A stretch of DNA of 64,000 nt from Planctomycetota bacterium (GCA_039029375.1 JBCCGH010000004.1:69561-133560), one strand, 5' to 3'; positions 50,025-59,684 are shown, counted from the first letter of the stretch. The notes: a model not told the origin generated them from the sequence alone. Translations and numbers: made by a program.

Positions 50025-50981
50025 TCAGAACTCGCCGGCACTGACGCCGTCGCTGCCCCAGAGCAGCCGGCCAGCCTCGAGGCGGGTGCCACCGGGAACA
50101 ATCGCGCCGAGCAGTGGCGGGTTGGTCGTCGTGCGCGCGCCCACCGTGGCCGAGAGGCCGACGACGCTCAGCCAGCCAGTCTCCAGGTCGCCAACGCCAT
50201 CGCAGTCGACGTCGAGCTCCTCGTCATCGTTGGGCGTGCCGCGCAGGAACGCCTCGGTAAACAGAGTGCTGAGGCTGGAGAGATCCGCCTGAAACCAGCA
50301 GCGGAAGTGCACTTGCAGCGAGAGAGGAAACTCGTTGTCGTTCCAGACGCGAAAATCAGCGGTCACGCGAGCGTCCCGGTCGCCAGCCAGGTTGAGGAGC
50401 ACCAAGCGCGCATCCGCGATCGCCAAGAACGAGTCGAGCAGCAGCGTGTCAGGCAGAGCCTCGTACTCCGCGCCGTCGAAGTCGATCTTGCCGTCGAAGT
50501 CGAGGTCGGTGTTGGCGCCGGTCGGCGGCAAGGCACGAAACGGCAAGGGCAACAAGGTGGCCAACGTCCCGGCACCGATATCGAAGAGGAGCTCCGAGCC
50601 GATCAGCGCGTTGTGCGACCAGTTCACGCCGCTCACCGGATCCTTCGCCGACACCAGCAAGTAGCCCTCCTGGCCCCCGGGGTTGTGGCACGAGGTCGGC
50701 ACCGTGACCGTGTCCCCCGGCGTCAGATACTCGGTGCGGCACACGATTTGGCACTCCGCGGGCAACAACGGCGAAGTGCCTGGCACGACGTTGATGTAGT
50801 GAAAGAACGCCAGCGTCGGCGTCGTCGCGCTGGAGTTGGTGACGCTCACGAGCGTGAGCTGCCCGGGGGTCGACCGATGGATGGGGAACACCAAGACGCT
50901 CGCCGCACGCGGGACGTCGACCGGCGACACCGTCGGGGCGGGCAGCAGCGGCAGGACAGCAGTCAGCAGCGAGCTCAGCAT
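50025..50981 (-). CDS. Secreted hypothetical protein with Asp-rich (possible Ca-binding) segments
   Basis: Signal-like MLSSLLTAVLPLLPAP, high GC3. DLDFDGKIDFDG and DVDCDGVGD motifs. No family recognised. Confidence 0.55.
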   Translation of the reverse strand: MLSSLLTAVLPLLPAPTVSPVDVPRAASVLVFPIHRSTPGQLTLVSVTNSSATTPTLAFFHYINVVPGTSPLLPAECQIVCRTEYLTPGDTVTVPTSCHNPGGQEGYLLVSAKDPVSGVNWSHNALIGSELLFDIGAGTLATLLPLPFRALPPTGANTDLDFDGKIDFDGAEYEALPDTLLLDSFLAIADARLVLLNLAGDRDARVTADFRVWNDNEFPLSLQVHFRCWFQADLSSLSTLFTEAFLRGTPNDDEELDVDCDGVGDLETGWLSVVGLSATVGARTTTNPPLLGAIVPGGTRLEAGRLLWGSDGVSAGEF

Positions 50982-51077
50982 GGCGCGAGATTGTAGAGGT
51001 GCGGCCGGTCGGTTTTGGGGCCTCGCATGACGGCTTCGGCGCCAGCCCGATTCGTCCTTGGCAACGCAGTTTCGGGC

Positions 51078-52859
51078 TCAGCCTCCGCCATCGATCGCCG
51101 CCAGTGGGTCGCGGTACAAGCCGCGATATGGATCCTCGCGCAGGAGCTCGTCGTGCGTTCCGTTCTGCACGCAACGCCCGCCATCCAGCACCGCGACTCG
51201 GTCCGCCCATCGGACGGTCGACAATCGGTGCGCGATCAGGATCGCGGTCCGCCCCTGGATCAGCCGAGCCAAAGCAGCACCAAGCAGCTTCTCGGACGCT
51301 GGGTCGAGCTGCGACGTCGCCTCGTCCAGGACCAGAATCGGCGCGTCCACCAGGAACGCGCGGGCGATCGCCAAGCGCTGGCGCTGCCCACCTGACAGCG
51401 TGACGCCGCGCTCCCCCACCCACGTCGCCAGCCCGTCCGGCAGCCGATCCACGAACTCAGCCGCTCCGGATCGCTCGAGGGCCGACCGCACTTCGTCGGG
51501 GTCGGCATCGGGCCGACCAAAGCGCAAGTTCTCTTCGATCGTGCCGCTGAACAGCACCGGGTCCTGCGGCACGATGGCCACCCGGCGGCGCACCGACGCG
51601 AGGTCGACATCCCCGATCGACTGGCCGTCGATGCGAATCACCCCCGCCGTGGGTTCGTAGAAGCGCAGCAGCAGCTTGACCAGCGTGGACTTGCCGGCAC
51701 CGCTGCGGCCGACCAGCGCCACGCTGCTCCCAGCAGGCACGGTCAAATCCACCCCCTGCAGCACCGGCGCATCGTCGCGGTAGGCGAACTGCACCCCGGC
51801 GAACTCTAGCTCGCCACGGCTGACCCGCAGCGCCGGCGCGCCCGGCGGCCCCGCCGCCTCCGGCTCGGCATCGAGCAGCTCGAAGATCCGGTCCACCGCC
51901 GCGCGCGAGTTGGCGAGCTGCACGTTGAGATCGCCAAGCCGCGTAAGCGGGCTGTAGATCATCTCGAGGTAAGCCCAGAACGCCATGAGGCCGCCAACCG
52001 TGAGGCTTCCCGAGCGAACCTGCTCCGCGCCAAAGTAGAGCACGACGAGTGACGGCACCCGGGTGAGCAGCGCGTTGGAGGCCAGCGACAACCCAAACAC
52101 GTGCACATTGCGTTGCATCAGCGCCAGGTGATCGCGACTTCGCTGCTCGAACTGCCGCGCTTGCTCGGCCTCGCGCACGAACCCCTTCACGTCGGCGATC
52201 GCACCGATCGTCTCATGCAACCCGCCTTCGACGACATCCATGCTCGCGCGCGCCCGCGCCGCACCCTCGCGGAGCCGCGCCCCCAGCACTTTGTGCACGA
52301 CCAGATACACCGGCAGCGTCACGTAGGCGATGAGGGCCAACGTGCCATGCATCGAGAAGACCACCGCGGTGATGGCCAACAGAACCGACAGCTCCATGAA
52401 CACGTTCGTCCCGAGCGCGTTCACCAAGTTCTTGGCCATGGCCACGTCGGTGACCAGGCGCGACGCCAACGCTCCTGTCTGCCGTCGGTCAAAGAACGGC
52501 AACGGCAACCGCTGCAAGTGCGCGAAGAGGTCACGCCGCACGTCCAGCACGATGCGGTTGCCCAAGCGATCGGCCAGCCGCGTCCGAAAGTACGTGATCA
52601 CGGCGTGCAGCACCGCGACCCCAATCCCGGTCGCAATCAACCCACCGAGACCGAGCCCCAGCGCACTCTGCTGCCCCGCGAGCACGCGATCGACGACCTC
52701 CTTGAGAATCCAAGGGAACGCCACCGGCAAGTTGAACTTGGCGATGCCGACGAGCGTCGAGACGAGCATCGTGCGCCAGTGAGGCTTGGCGTAGCCAAAG
52801 AAGCGCCACAGGTTGCCGCGGCGCGGCGCAACGCCATCAGGCCGGCGAGAGCGAGTCAT
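51078..52859 (-). CDS. ABC exporter, fused permease/ATPase (MsbA/ABCB-like half transporter)
   Basis: Six-TM domain, then Walker A GRSGAGKST, signature LSGGQRQRLAIARA, Walker B ILVLDEATS. Only the last 593 codons of track ORF 51078..55115 are credible. Confidence 0.9.
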   Translation of the reverse strand: MTRSRRPDGVAPRRGNLWRFFGYAKPHWRTMLVSTLVGIAKFNLPVAFPWILKEVVDRVLAGQQSALGLGLGGLIATGIGVAVLHAVITYFRTRLADRLGNRIVLDVRRDLFAHLQRLPLPFFDRRQTGALASRLVTDVAMAKNLVNALGTNVFMELSVLLAITAVVFSMHGTLALIAYVTLPVYLVVHKVLGARLREGAARARASMDVVEGGLHETIGAIADVKGFVREAEQARQFEQRSRDHLALMQRNVHVFGLSLASNALLTRVPSLVVLYFGAEQVRSGSLTVGGLMAFWAYLEMIYSPLTRLGDLNVQLANSRAAVDRIFELLDAEPEAAGPPGAPALRVSRGELEFAGVQFAYRDDAPVLQGVDLTVPAGSSVALVGRSGAGKSTLVKLLLRFYEPTAGVIRIDGQSIGDVDLASVRRRVAIVPQDPVLFSGTIEENLRFGRPDADPDEVRSALERSGAAEFVDRLPDGLATWVGERGVTLSGGQRQRLAIARAFLVDAPILVLDEATSQLDPASEKLLGAALARLIQGRTAILIAHRLSTVRWADRVAVLDGGRCVQNGTHDELLREDPYRGLYRDPLAAIDGGG

Positions 52860-53009
52860 GCTGCGAACGAACCGCGGTTGTGAAAGTGCTGGGTCGAGGA
52901 TCCCGGAGCGTCCCAAGATAGCTGAGCTTTTCTCAACGCGCGCACAACCGGCCCGGCGGTGCCCGTAGCGAACGGCGCGCAACGCCGTAGGCTGGGGTTG
53001 ACGCGCGCC

Positions 53010-55343
53010 ATGCACCCAGCGAGCAACCCATCGGTCGAGCAGGACTTTCTCGACTACCGCAGCGACGGTGACCCCGAGGCCTTCCGTTCGGTGTTCCGCC
53101 ACGCGGCGCCGCACGTAATGCGCGTCGCGCGCAGCCTCGGCCTCGACGCCGGCCACACCGACGACCTCGTGCAGGAGACGTTCTTGTTTGCCGCGCGCAA
53201 CGCCGACCGCTTTGACGCGCATCGCCCCCTCGTGCCATGGCTGTGTGGCGTCGCCTACCGCATCGGGCTCGATGCTCGACGCCGCGACCAACGGCAGCGG
53301 CGCTTCGTCGGCGAGCTCGACGAGCCCGACACCGTGGCGGCGAGCGCAGGCCAACCCGAAGGAGTCCCCTCGCTGGAAGCGAGCGAGCTCACTGCCATCC
53401 TGGAGCAGACGCTGCAGGACTTGGACGAGCCCTACCGCCAGGTGCTCGCAGCACACCTGCGAGAGTGCCGCTCGCCGACGGAGATCGCCCGACGCATCGG
53501 CCGCTCGCCGAGCACGGTGCGCACGCAGATTCATCGCGGCCTCCAGCAGCTCCGCGGCCGCCTGCCGGAGGGACTGGCGCTGAGCGCACTCACGGCCATC
53601 CTTCTGCCGCCACTGATGGCCGGCACGACGCCGAACGGCGCCGGCGCGTCGACCGACTCGGGCGCCGCGCGATCGTTGCCGCGCCCACCGCCCAGCATCG
53701 TCCTCGGCGGCGCGATCGCAGTGATCGGCCTCGTCGCCACCGCACCCGGGTGGCTGCGTCACGACGCGCCGGCCGCAGCCCCCGGCGGCATCGCACCGCC
53801 TCGCGCCACGGCAACGGCGGAGGTGCAGGCCGAGACGGCACCGCCCGACCGATCCACGACCTCCGTGGCGACACCCGTACCGGCCGCGCCAGCCCGCGCG
53901 GACGAGCCGGCGACGGCGTCGCTGCGAGTTCGCGTCGTCGACCGTTCGACCGGGCAACCCGTGTCCCAGCTGGCATTCGAGATCCACGCGGTCGGACCCG
54001 AGATGCCGACAGGGCTCCGGGCGCGGTTCGACACGCGCAAGGCGGTCACCGACCCCAAAGGCGAGGCGCATTTCGCGGACCTGCCGACCGGCTGGGTGCG
54101 CGCACGGTTCGCGCACGGCAGCGGCTCGACCCGCTACCAGCTCGTCGACGACGCCACGATCGACCTCCCGGTCGAGCAGGTCGTCACCTACCAGGGCGTC
54201 GTGCGGACGCCCACGGGTCAGCCCGCCGCCGGGGCCGAGGTGTGGCTGGCACGCTGCGGCCGCGAGGCACCCGTCGCCCTCGCCGACGCGGCCGGCTCGT
54301 TCTGCGTCCGCGTCGCCGAGACCGAGAGCATCGCGCTCTGGGCCCGGGCCGCGGGCCTTTGCTCCGAGCTGCTGCGCGAGCGAGTGGGCGACGCCGACCA
54401 CCGGCAGGTATCGCTGCTGCTCGCGCCCGCGCCGGGCGCGGTGACGGGTCGCGTGTTCGATACGTCCGGTCACCCCGTCGCCGGGGCCATCCTGGTGACC
54501 ACCTGGCTCGGGCCAAAACGGCGCCGCTGGCCACAGACCAGCACCCGCTCGGGCACCGACGGCAGCTTCCGCCTCGAGCCCCTCTTCGCCGGGACCTATG
54601 CCCTGGCCGCAACGGCCGGTGCCCGCGGGTCCGCCCTGCGGACCGTGCACGTCGACGCCTTGCAACCAACGCTGGCTGACCTCCGACTGGATCCCGGCGC
54701 CACCGTGAACGGTCACGTCGAAGACAGCCGCGGTGACCGATTCCAGTGTGTCGTGCTGCTCGGCCAAGTCAGCGCCGCCGATCCACGCGTCACACCCGAG
54801 CTCTTGACGGACATGGTCATCACCGGTGCCGACGGCCGCTTCGAGTTCGCCGGCGTCGCGCCGGGCGAGGTCCGGCTGCGGGTCGCGTCCATGGCCGGCA
54901 TGCTGCTCCACCAGGAGGTGCGCGTGCTGTCGGGGCCAACGGCGGCCTGGCGCATCCGCGCTCCACGCGGCGGCAGCCCCGCGGACACATTGCGACAGGT
55001 CGCCGACGAGGTCCGATGGTGGCGGACCTCCACTGCCAGCGGTGGGTCCGCCGCTGACGACGCCGCGGCAATCGCCCTGGGCACCGTGCGCGGCCAAGTC
55101 GGCTTCGCACCGCACACCTGGCCGCGACTGCTACTGCGCCTGTGGCCGCTCGCCGGCGGCGCCGCGGCGGAGCCCCGGACCGCACTCGTCGACGCCGACG
55201 GCGCCTTCGCGTTCGTGAAGGTCCCGCCGGGGGAGCACCGGCTGGTCGTGATCGAGGACCCTGGCTTGGCGCAGCGCAAGGTCCACGAGTCGGTGATCAC
55301 CGTCAATGGCGGCGACGAAACGGCCGAACTGCTGATCCGCTGA
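53010..55343 (+). CDS. ECF sigma factor fused to hydrophobic segment(s), an Ala/Pro linker and a C-terminal region of about 500 aa made of CarboxypepD_reg-like beta-sandwich repeats
   Basis: Sigma region 2 DDLVQETFLFAARNADRFDAHRPLVPWLCGVAYRI. Region 4 SPTEIARRIGRSPSTVRTQIHRGLQQLR. Hydrophobic LALSALTAILLPPLMAG and SIVLGGAIAVIGLVATAPGWL. Repeats of the type GAVTGRVFDTSGHPVAGAILV...DGSFRLEPLFAGTYAL. Confidence 0.75.
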   Translation: MHPASNPSVEQDFLDYRSDGDPEAFRSVFRHAAPHVMRVARSLGLDAGHTDDLVQETFLFAARNADRFDAHRPLVPWLCGVAYRIGLDARRRDQRQRRFVGELDEPDTVAASAGQPEGVPSLEASELTAILEQTLQDLDEPYRQVLAAHLRECRSPTEIARRIGRSPSTVRTQIHRGLQQLRGRLPEGLALSALTAILLPPLMAGTTPNGAGASTDSGAARSLPRPPPSIVLGGAIAVIGLVATAPGWLRHDAPAAAPGGIAPPRATATAEVQAETAPPDRSTTSVATPVPAAPARADEPATASLRVRVVDRSTGQPVSQLAFEIHAVGPEMPTGLRARFDTRKAVTDPKGEAHFADLPTGWVRARFAHGSGSTRYQLVDDATIDLPVEQVVTYQGVVRTPTGQPAAGAEVWLARCGREAPVALADAAGSFCVRVAETESIALWARAAGLCSELLRERVGDADHRQVSLLLAPAPGAVTGRVFDTSGHPVAGAILVTTWLGPKRRRWPQTSTRSGTDGSFRLEPLFAGTYALAATAGARGSALRTVHVDALQPTLADLRLDPGATVNGHVEDSRGDRFQCVVLLGQVSAADPRVTPELLTDMVITGADGRFEFAGVAPGEVRLRVASMAGMLLHQEVRVLSGPTAAWRIRAPRGGSPADTLRQVADEVRWWRTSTASGGSAADDAAAIALGTVRGQVGFAPHTWPRLLLRLWPLAGGAAAEPRTALVDADGAFAFVKVPPGEHRLVVIEDPGLAQRKVHESVITVNGGDETAELLIR

Positions 55344-55378
55344 GCTCACTGCAATCTTCCGACCGCGGTCCTTGCAGT

Positions 55379-56977
55379 ATGATCCGGCGCGTGGAGCGCA
55401 CTTCCGGCGAGACTTGGCTGCTGCGCCCGCTGCAGAATCTGCCCGACGCCACGCCGGTCGAGATCACTCCAGACGGAGCCACCCTCGGCCGCGCCCCCGG
55501 CAACGCGGTCGTGATTCCGGACAGCGGGTTCCCCTACGTCTCCAGCACGCATTGTCGGATCTGGCTGATCGAGGACGTGCCAGTCGTCGAAGACCTGGGC
55601 TCCAAGAACGGCACTTTGGTCAACGGGCGGCGCATCGAGCAACAACAGCGCCTCGTGCACGGCGACATCGTGCAAGTCGGCCAGCTCGGACCACGCTTCG
55701 CCGTCGTCGGCGCGGAGCAGATGGACGACACGTTGGCCGTCGCGGTCCCAAGGTCGGGAACACGCATGACGCGGACGGACTTGACGCAGAGCGCCATCAT
55801 CAAGATCAAGCGCGCGCTCGGCGTCCCGCGGGACGTGGATGTGGGTTCGGCGATCCAGACCAACCAGCGCCGGTTCACCTGGGTCGCCGCGGTGGTCGGC
55901 ATGGCGGTGCTCGGAAGTGCCGCGGCGTTCTGGATTCTCAGCCGCGAGAGCTCGGCGCAGGCCGGGCGCCTGGACGTCATCAATCGCGAGCTGGCCAACA
56001 AGCTGGCCGATGCGGAGAGCGAGCTGACCGTCCTCAGAGGCCAGCGCGACCAGTGGGACGAGGTGCGCCAGCGGCTCGAGACCGAGAGCCGGCGCCTCGC
56101 CGACGGGCTGGAGCGGCTGGAGAACGACGCCGGGGCCTCAGCCAGCGAACTCAGCGAGATGCAGGCCAAGCTCGCCGACACGGAACGTCGCCTGCGCTCC
56201 TACGACCCGGTCAATCTCGAGGCCCAGCGGCTCGCGAAGGTGCAAGACGCGCGCCGCGCCGTGGTCTACATCGAGTCGAAGACCCGCATGCGCCACCGCG
56301 AGAGCGGCGACCTGGTCTACGTGGCGACGAGCGATGACGGCACGCCGGAGTTCAACCTGAGCGCGCGCGGCTCGCCCTACGCGTTCGAGGAGAGCGGCTC
56401 GGGGTTCTGCGTCAGCACCGACGGATGGGTACTCACGAACGCGCACGTCGTCGAGCCGAGCCCCGAGCGCGACCCGACGATGCTCGACATCACCGAAACG
56501 TTCGCGCCGGAGACCCGGCTGTTCGTGGTCTTCAGCAACAGCGCGCTGCGCCATCCGGCGGACAAGGTGCTGTCGGTGCTCGAAGGGACCGACGACATGG
56601 CGCTGCTGAAGATCGAGCCGTTCGTAGGGATGCCGCACCTCGACGGCGTCGACCTCGAGCTGCCGGTGCCCGATCCCGGCTCGGAGGTGTACCTGTCCGG
56701 CTTCCCGCTTGGTCGCATGGCGATCCAAGCCGGTGAGACCGTGATCGCCTCGACCTTCAAAGGCATCCTCAGCCGCGTGGTCGGCCCCTACATGCAGGTC
56801 GACGCCGCCGTCCATCCGGGCAACAGCGGTGGTCCAGTCATGGACGGACAGGGACGCGTCCTCGGCGTCGCGACCCGAGTGCAGCGCACGCCAGAAGGAC
56901 CCTACACCCCGACGATCGGCTACATCTTGCCGGTGAAGGCACTCGCGCGCGTCTGGCCACCACCCGAAGAGTGGTGA
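55379..56977 (+). CDS. FHA domain / TM anchor / coiled coil / trypsin-like (S1, HtrA-type core) serine protease
   Basis: FHA: ATLGRAPGNAVVIP...VSSTHCRIW...DLGSKNGTLVNG. TM: FTWVAAVVGMAVLGSAAAFWIL. Coiled coil of about 120 aa. Protease triad contexts TNAHVV, DDMALLKI, GNSGGPV. Confidence 0.8.
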   Translation: MIRRVERTSGETWLLRPLQNLPDATPVEITPDGATLGRAPGNAVVIPDSGFPYVSSTHCRIWLIEDVPVVEDLGSKNGTLVNGRRIEQQQRLVHGDIVQVGQLGPRFAVVGAEQMDDTLAVAVPRSGTRMTRTDLTQSAIIKIKRALGVPRDVDVGSAIQTNQRRFTWVAAVVGMAVLGSAAAFWILSRESSAQAGRLDVINRELANKLADAESELTVLRGQRDQWDEVRQRLETESRRLADGLERLENDAGASASELSEMQAKLADTERRLRSYDPVNLEAQRLAKVQDARRAVVYIESKTRMRHRESGDLVYVATSDDGTPEFNLSARGSPYAFEESGSGFCVSTDGWVLTNAHVVEPSPERDPTMLDITETFAPETRLFVVFSNSALRHPADKVLSVLEGTDDMALLKIEPFVGMPHLDGVDLELPVPDPGSEVYLSGFPLGRMAIQAGETVIASTFKGILSRVVGPYMQVDAAVHPGNSGGPVMDGQGRVLGVATRVQRTPEGPYTPTIGYILPVKALARVWPPPEEW

Positions 56978-57016
56978 GTACAAAGTGTCCGCGTCCTTCC
57001 GGGTTAGGATGCCCGC

Positions 57017-58225
57017 GTGAAGGACGCGAAGCTCCGCCAGCATTGGTTGCTCGACCCCGAGGTCACGTTTCTCAACCACGGTTCGTTCGGCGCCTGCCCC
57101 CGGCCAGTGTTGGAGGCGCAGGAACAGTGGCGACGCCGACTCGAAGCGGAGCCGGTGCACTTCATGGTCGACGCGCTGGAGAACGAGTTGGATGACGCCC
57201 GGGCGCGCCTCGCGCGCTTCGTCGGCGCCCAACCCCAAGACCTAGCCTTCGTGCCCAACCCCACCAGCGGGGTCAACGCCGTGCTGCAGTCGCTGCCCCT
57301 CCAGGCCGGCGACGAACTGCTCACGACGGGCCACGCGTACGGTGCCTGTCACAACGCGTTGGAGTACGTCGCGCAGCGGAGCGGAGCGACCGTCGTCGTC
57401 GCGCCGCTCCCGTTCCCCGGCATCGAGCCCGACCTCGTCGTCGACGCCGTGCGCGAACACATCACGCCTCGGACCCGCCTGGCGCTGCTCGATCACGTCA
57501 CCAGCGCCACCGGGGTCGTGCTGCCGATCGCGGCGCTGGTCGCCGAGTTGCGCGAACGCGGGATCGAGACCTTAATCGACGGCGCCCACGCCCCTGGCAT
57601 GGTCGAGCTGGACATCGAAGCCATCGGTGCCACGTACTACGCCGGCCACTGTCACAAGTGGCTTTGCGCACCAAAAGGCGCCGCATTCTTGTGGGTGCAA
57701 CGCGACCGCCAGGATCGGGTGCGACCGGTGGTGATCAGCCACGGCGCGCGGTCCCGGCGCACCGATCGCTCGCGATTCTTGTGTGAGTTCGACTGGGTCG
57801 GGACCGCCGACCCGTCGCCCTACCTGTGCGTGCCGACCGCCATCGACTTCCTCGGGTCGCTGCTCCCCGGCGGCTGGCCCGCGCTCCGCGCGCACAACCG
57901 CGACCTGGCCCTGCGTGCCCGTGAGCTCCTCTGCGCCTCGCTCGGCGTCGAGGCGCCGGCCCCGGCGTCGATGATTGGATCGCTTGCCGCGGTGCCGCTG
58001 CCCGATGGCTCGGGGCCGGCGCCCACCTCGTGGCGGCACGTCGAGCCGATCAAAGCGCAACTGTTCCAGCAGTACCACATCGAGATCCCCGTGTCGGTCT
58101 GGCCTGCACCGCCCAAACGACTCCTGCGCCTGTCGGCCCAGATCTACAACCGCGAGGACGAGTACCACGCGCTGAGCGCCGCCCTGCGCGAGCTCCTCGC
58201 CGGCGAGCAGTCTGCGGCGTCGTGA
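57017..58225 (+). CDS. Class V PLP-dependent aminotransferase (isopenicillin-N epimerase / cysteine desulfurase-like)
   Basis: TFLNHGSFGACP, DGAHAPG, PLP-Lys context GHCHKWLCAPKG. GTG start. Confidence 0.75.
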   Translation: MKDAKLRQHWLLDPEVTFLNHGSFGACPRPVLEAQEQWRRRLEAEPVHFMVDALENELDDARARLARFVGAQPQDLAFVPNPTSGVNAVLQSLPLQAGDELLTTGHAYGACHNALEYVAQRSGATVVVAPLPFPGIEPDLVVDAVREHITPRTRLALLDHVTSATGVVLPIAALVAELRERGIETLIDGAHAPGMVELDIEAIGATYYAGHCHKWLCAPKGAAFLWVQRDRQDRVRPVVISHGARSRRTDRSRFLCEFDWVGTADPSPYLCVPTAIDFLGSLLPGGWPALRAHNRDLALRARELLCASLGVEAPAPASMIGSLAAVPLPDGSGPAPTSWRHVEPIKAQLFQQYHIEIPVSVWPAPPKRLLRLSAQIYNREDEYHALSAALRELLAGEQSAAS

Positions 58226-58908
58226 GCCCGACCTATCGATGGCCGCGCCCGGCCGTGGCCGTGGATACCGCGGTGTTCGCCGTGGATCGCGGGGCTCTCA
58301 AGATCCTCCTCGTCGAGCGCGGGCGGCCGCCGTTCCGCGGCCTCTGGGCCCTGCCAGGCGGCTTCCTGAATCTTGACGAGGAGCTCGCCGACGGCGCCCG
58401 CCGCGAGCTCGCCGAAGAAACCGGCTTGGTCGCGCGCCCGATCGCCGAGGTCGGCACCTTCGGCGCCATCGGGCGCGATCCGCGCGGGCGGGTGCTGTCC
58501 GTGGTGTTCCTCGCGCTGCACCGCGGCGCCCCGGCGCCGGTGCAGGGTGGCGACGATGCCGCGCACGCGGCCTGGCGCCCCGTGCGGAGGCTGCCCCGAA
58601 TGGCGTTCGACCACGCGCGATGCGTGCGCCGCGCCCGCGACCGGCTCCGCGAGCTCGCGCTCCAAGCCCCGCTGCCGATGGATCTCCTGCGGCGCGGCTG
58701 GAGCCTCGACGAGCTGCACCGCACCTGGGCGGCGATGACCGGCCAACGCATCGGCACCGCCGGGTTGCGCCGGGCCCTACTGCGCACCGGCGTGGCGCGC
58801 GAGGACGGCCGCGGCCCCGACGGGACGGCCCGCTACCGCTTCGCGCCACGCGCGACCGTGGCCCGGCACTGGCCGGTCCTGGCTCACACGGCGCTGCGCG
58901 AACGCTGA
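58222..58908 (+). CDS. Nudix hydrolase with C-terminal winged-helix-like domain (NrtR-like architecture)
   Basis: Nudix box GGFLNLDEELADGARRELAEETGL. GTGA overlap with the upstream stop. The track ORF start at 58030 is too early. Confidence 0.7.
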   Translation: MSPTYRWPRPAVAVDTAVFAVDRGALKILLVERGRPPFRGLWALPGGFLNLDEELADGARRELAEETGLVARPIAEVGTFGAIGRDPRGRVLSVVFLALHRGAPAPVQGGDDAAHAAWRPVRRLPRMAFDHARCVRRARDRLRELALQAPLPMDLLRRGWSLDELHRTWAAMTGQRIGTAGLRRALLRTGVAREDGRGPDGTARYRFAPRATVARHWPVLAHTALRER

Positions 58909-58928
58909 ACTCGTTTGACCGGCGCCGA

Positions 58929-59684
58929 TCAGCGGATCTCGACGTCGCCGTTGTGCGAGCGCACCCTCAACATGCCGCTCCCCGCACCGAAACCCGCTTC
59001 CAGATGCGAATCGCGGCGGGAGCGTACGGCCGCGGCAGCCAGACACTGGATCGAGCCATTGTGGGTATCGACGACCAGGCGCGCGTCCCGCTGGCTGACG
59101 GCGAGGTCGATGTCGCCATTGTGGGTTTCGACATGGCCAACGACCGCACCGCTGCCGGCCAGCGTCGCGCGGATCGAGCCGTTGTGCGTCTCCAGTTGCA
59201 GGCTCGGGAAGACCCCGTCGACCGCGATGTCGCCGTTGTGGGTCACAAAGCGGCCATCGCCATCCGAGCCGCTCAGCTCGATCCGGCCGTTGTGGGTCTC
59301 GAGCTCGGCGGCGAGGGTCCGCGGGATCTCCAGCGAGAACGACACGTCACCCGAGCGCCAGCCCGTCTTCCCGTCCGACCAGCGCCAACCCAGCGTCAGC
59401 ACCCCACCCTCGACTCGATGCTCGACTTCCATGAGGGCCAGCAAGTCTTCGGCCTCGGCGGGAGTCGCGCCGCGGGCGACCAGCTCGACGGTGCCGCGGA
59501 CCGCGTCCGTCTCGGCCCCGCGGAAGACCAGGTCGCCGTTGTGGGTCTCAGCCCACAGCTTGACCACCTGCGCCGCGGACAGGTCGATGGACTCGGTGCG
59601 GGACGCCGAAAAGGCGTAGTTGCTACACCCACAGCACAGGGCGAGCGCGGCCGCAGAGAGCAAGGAGGGCGTCATTCGTTGCAT
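58929..59684 (-). CDS. DUF4097-type beta-helix repeat lipoprotein (putative adhesin fold)
   Basis: Lipobox ALALCCGCS. Six repeats of (E/V/D)THNG(D/R/S)I. Confidence 0.75.
   Translation of the reverse strand: MQRMTPSLLSAAALALCCGCSNYAFSASRTESIDLSAAQVVKLWAETHNGDLVFRGAETDAVRGTVELVARGATPAEAEDLLALMEVEHRVEGGVLTLGWRWSDGKTGWRSGDVSFSLEIPRTLAAELETHNGRIELSGSDGDGRFVTHNGDIAVDGVFPSLQLETHNGSIRATLAGSGAVVGHVETHNGDIDLAVSQRDARLVVDTHNGSIQCLAAAAVRSRRDSHLEAGFGAGSGMLRVRSHNGDVEIR

Noticed and set aside
52860-55115. N-terminal 750 codons of the 1345-aa minus-strand ORF 51078..55115
   Set aside because: It is antisense to the sigma-fusion gene, which has clear sigma region 2/4 motifs and high GC3. The ABC exporter has a complete N-terminus starting at MTRSRRPDG (52859).
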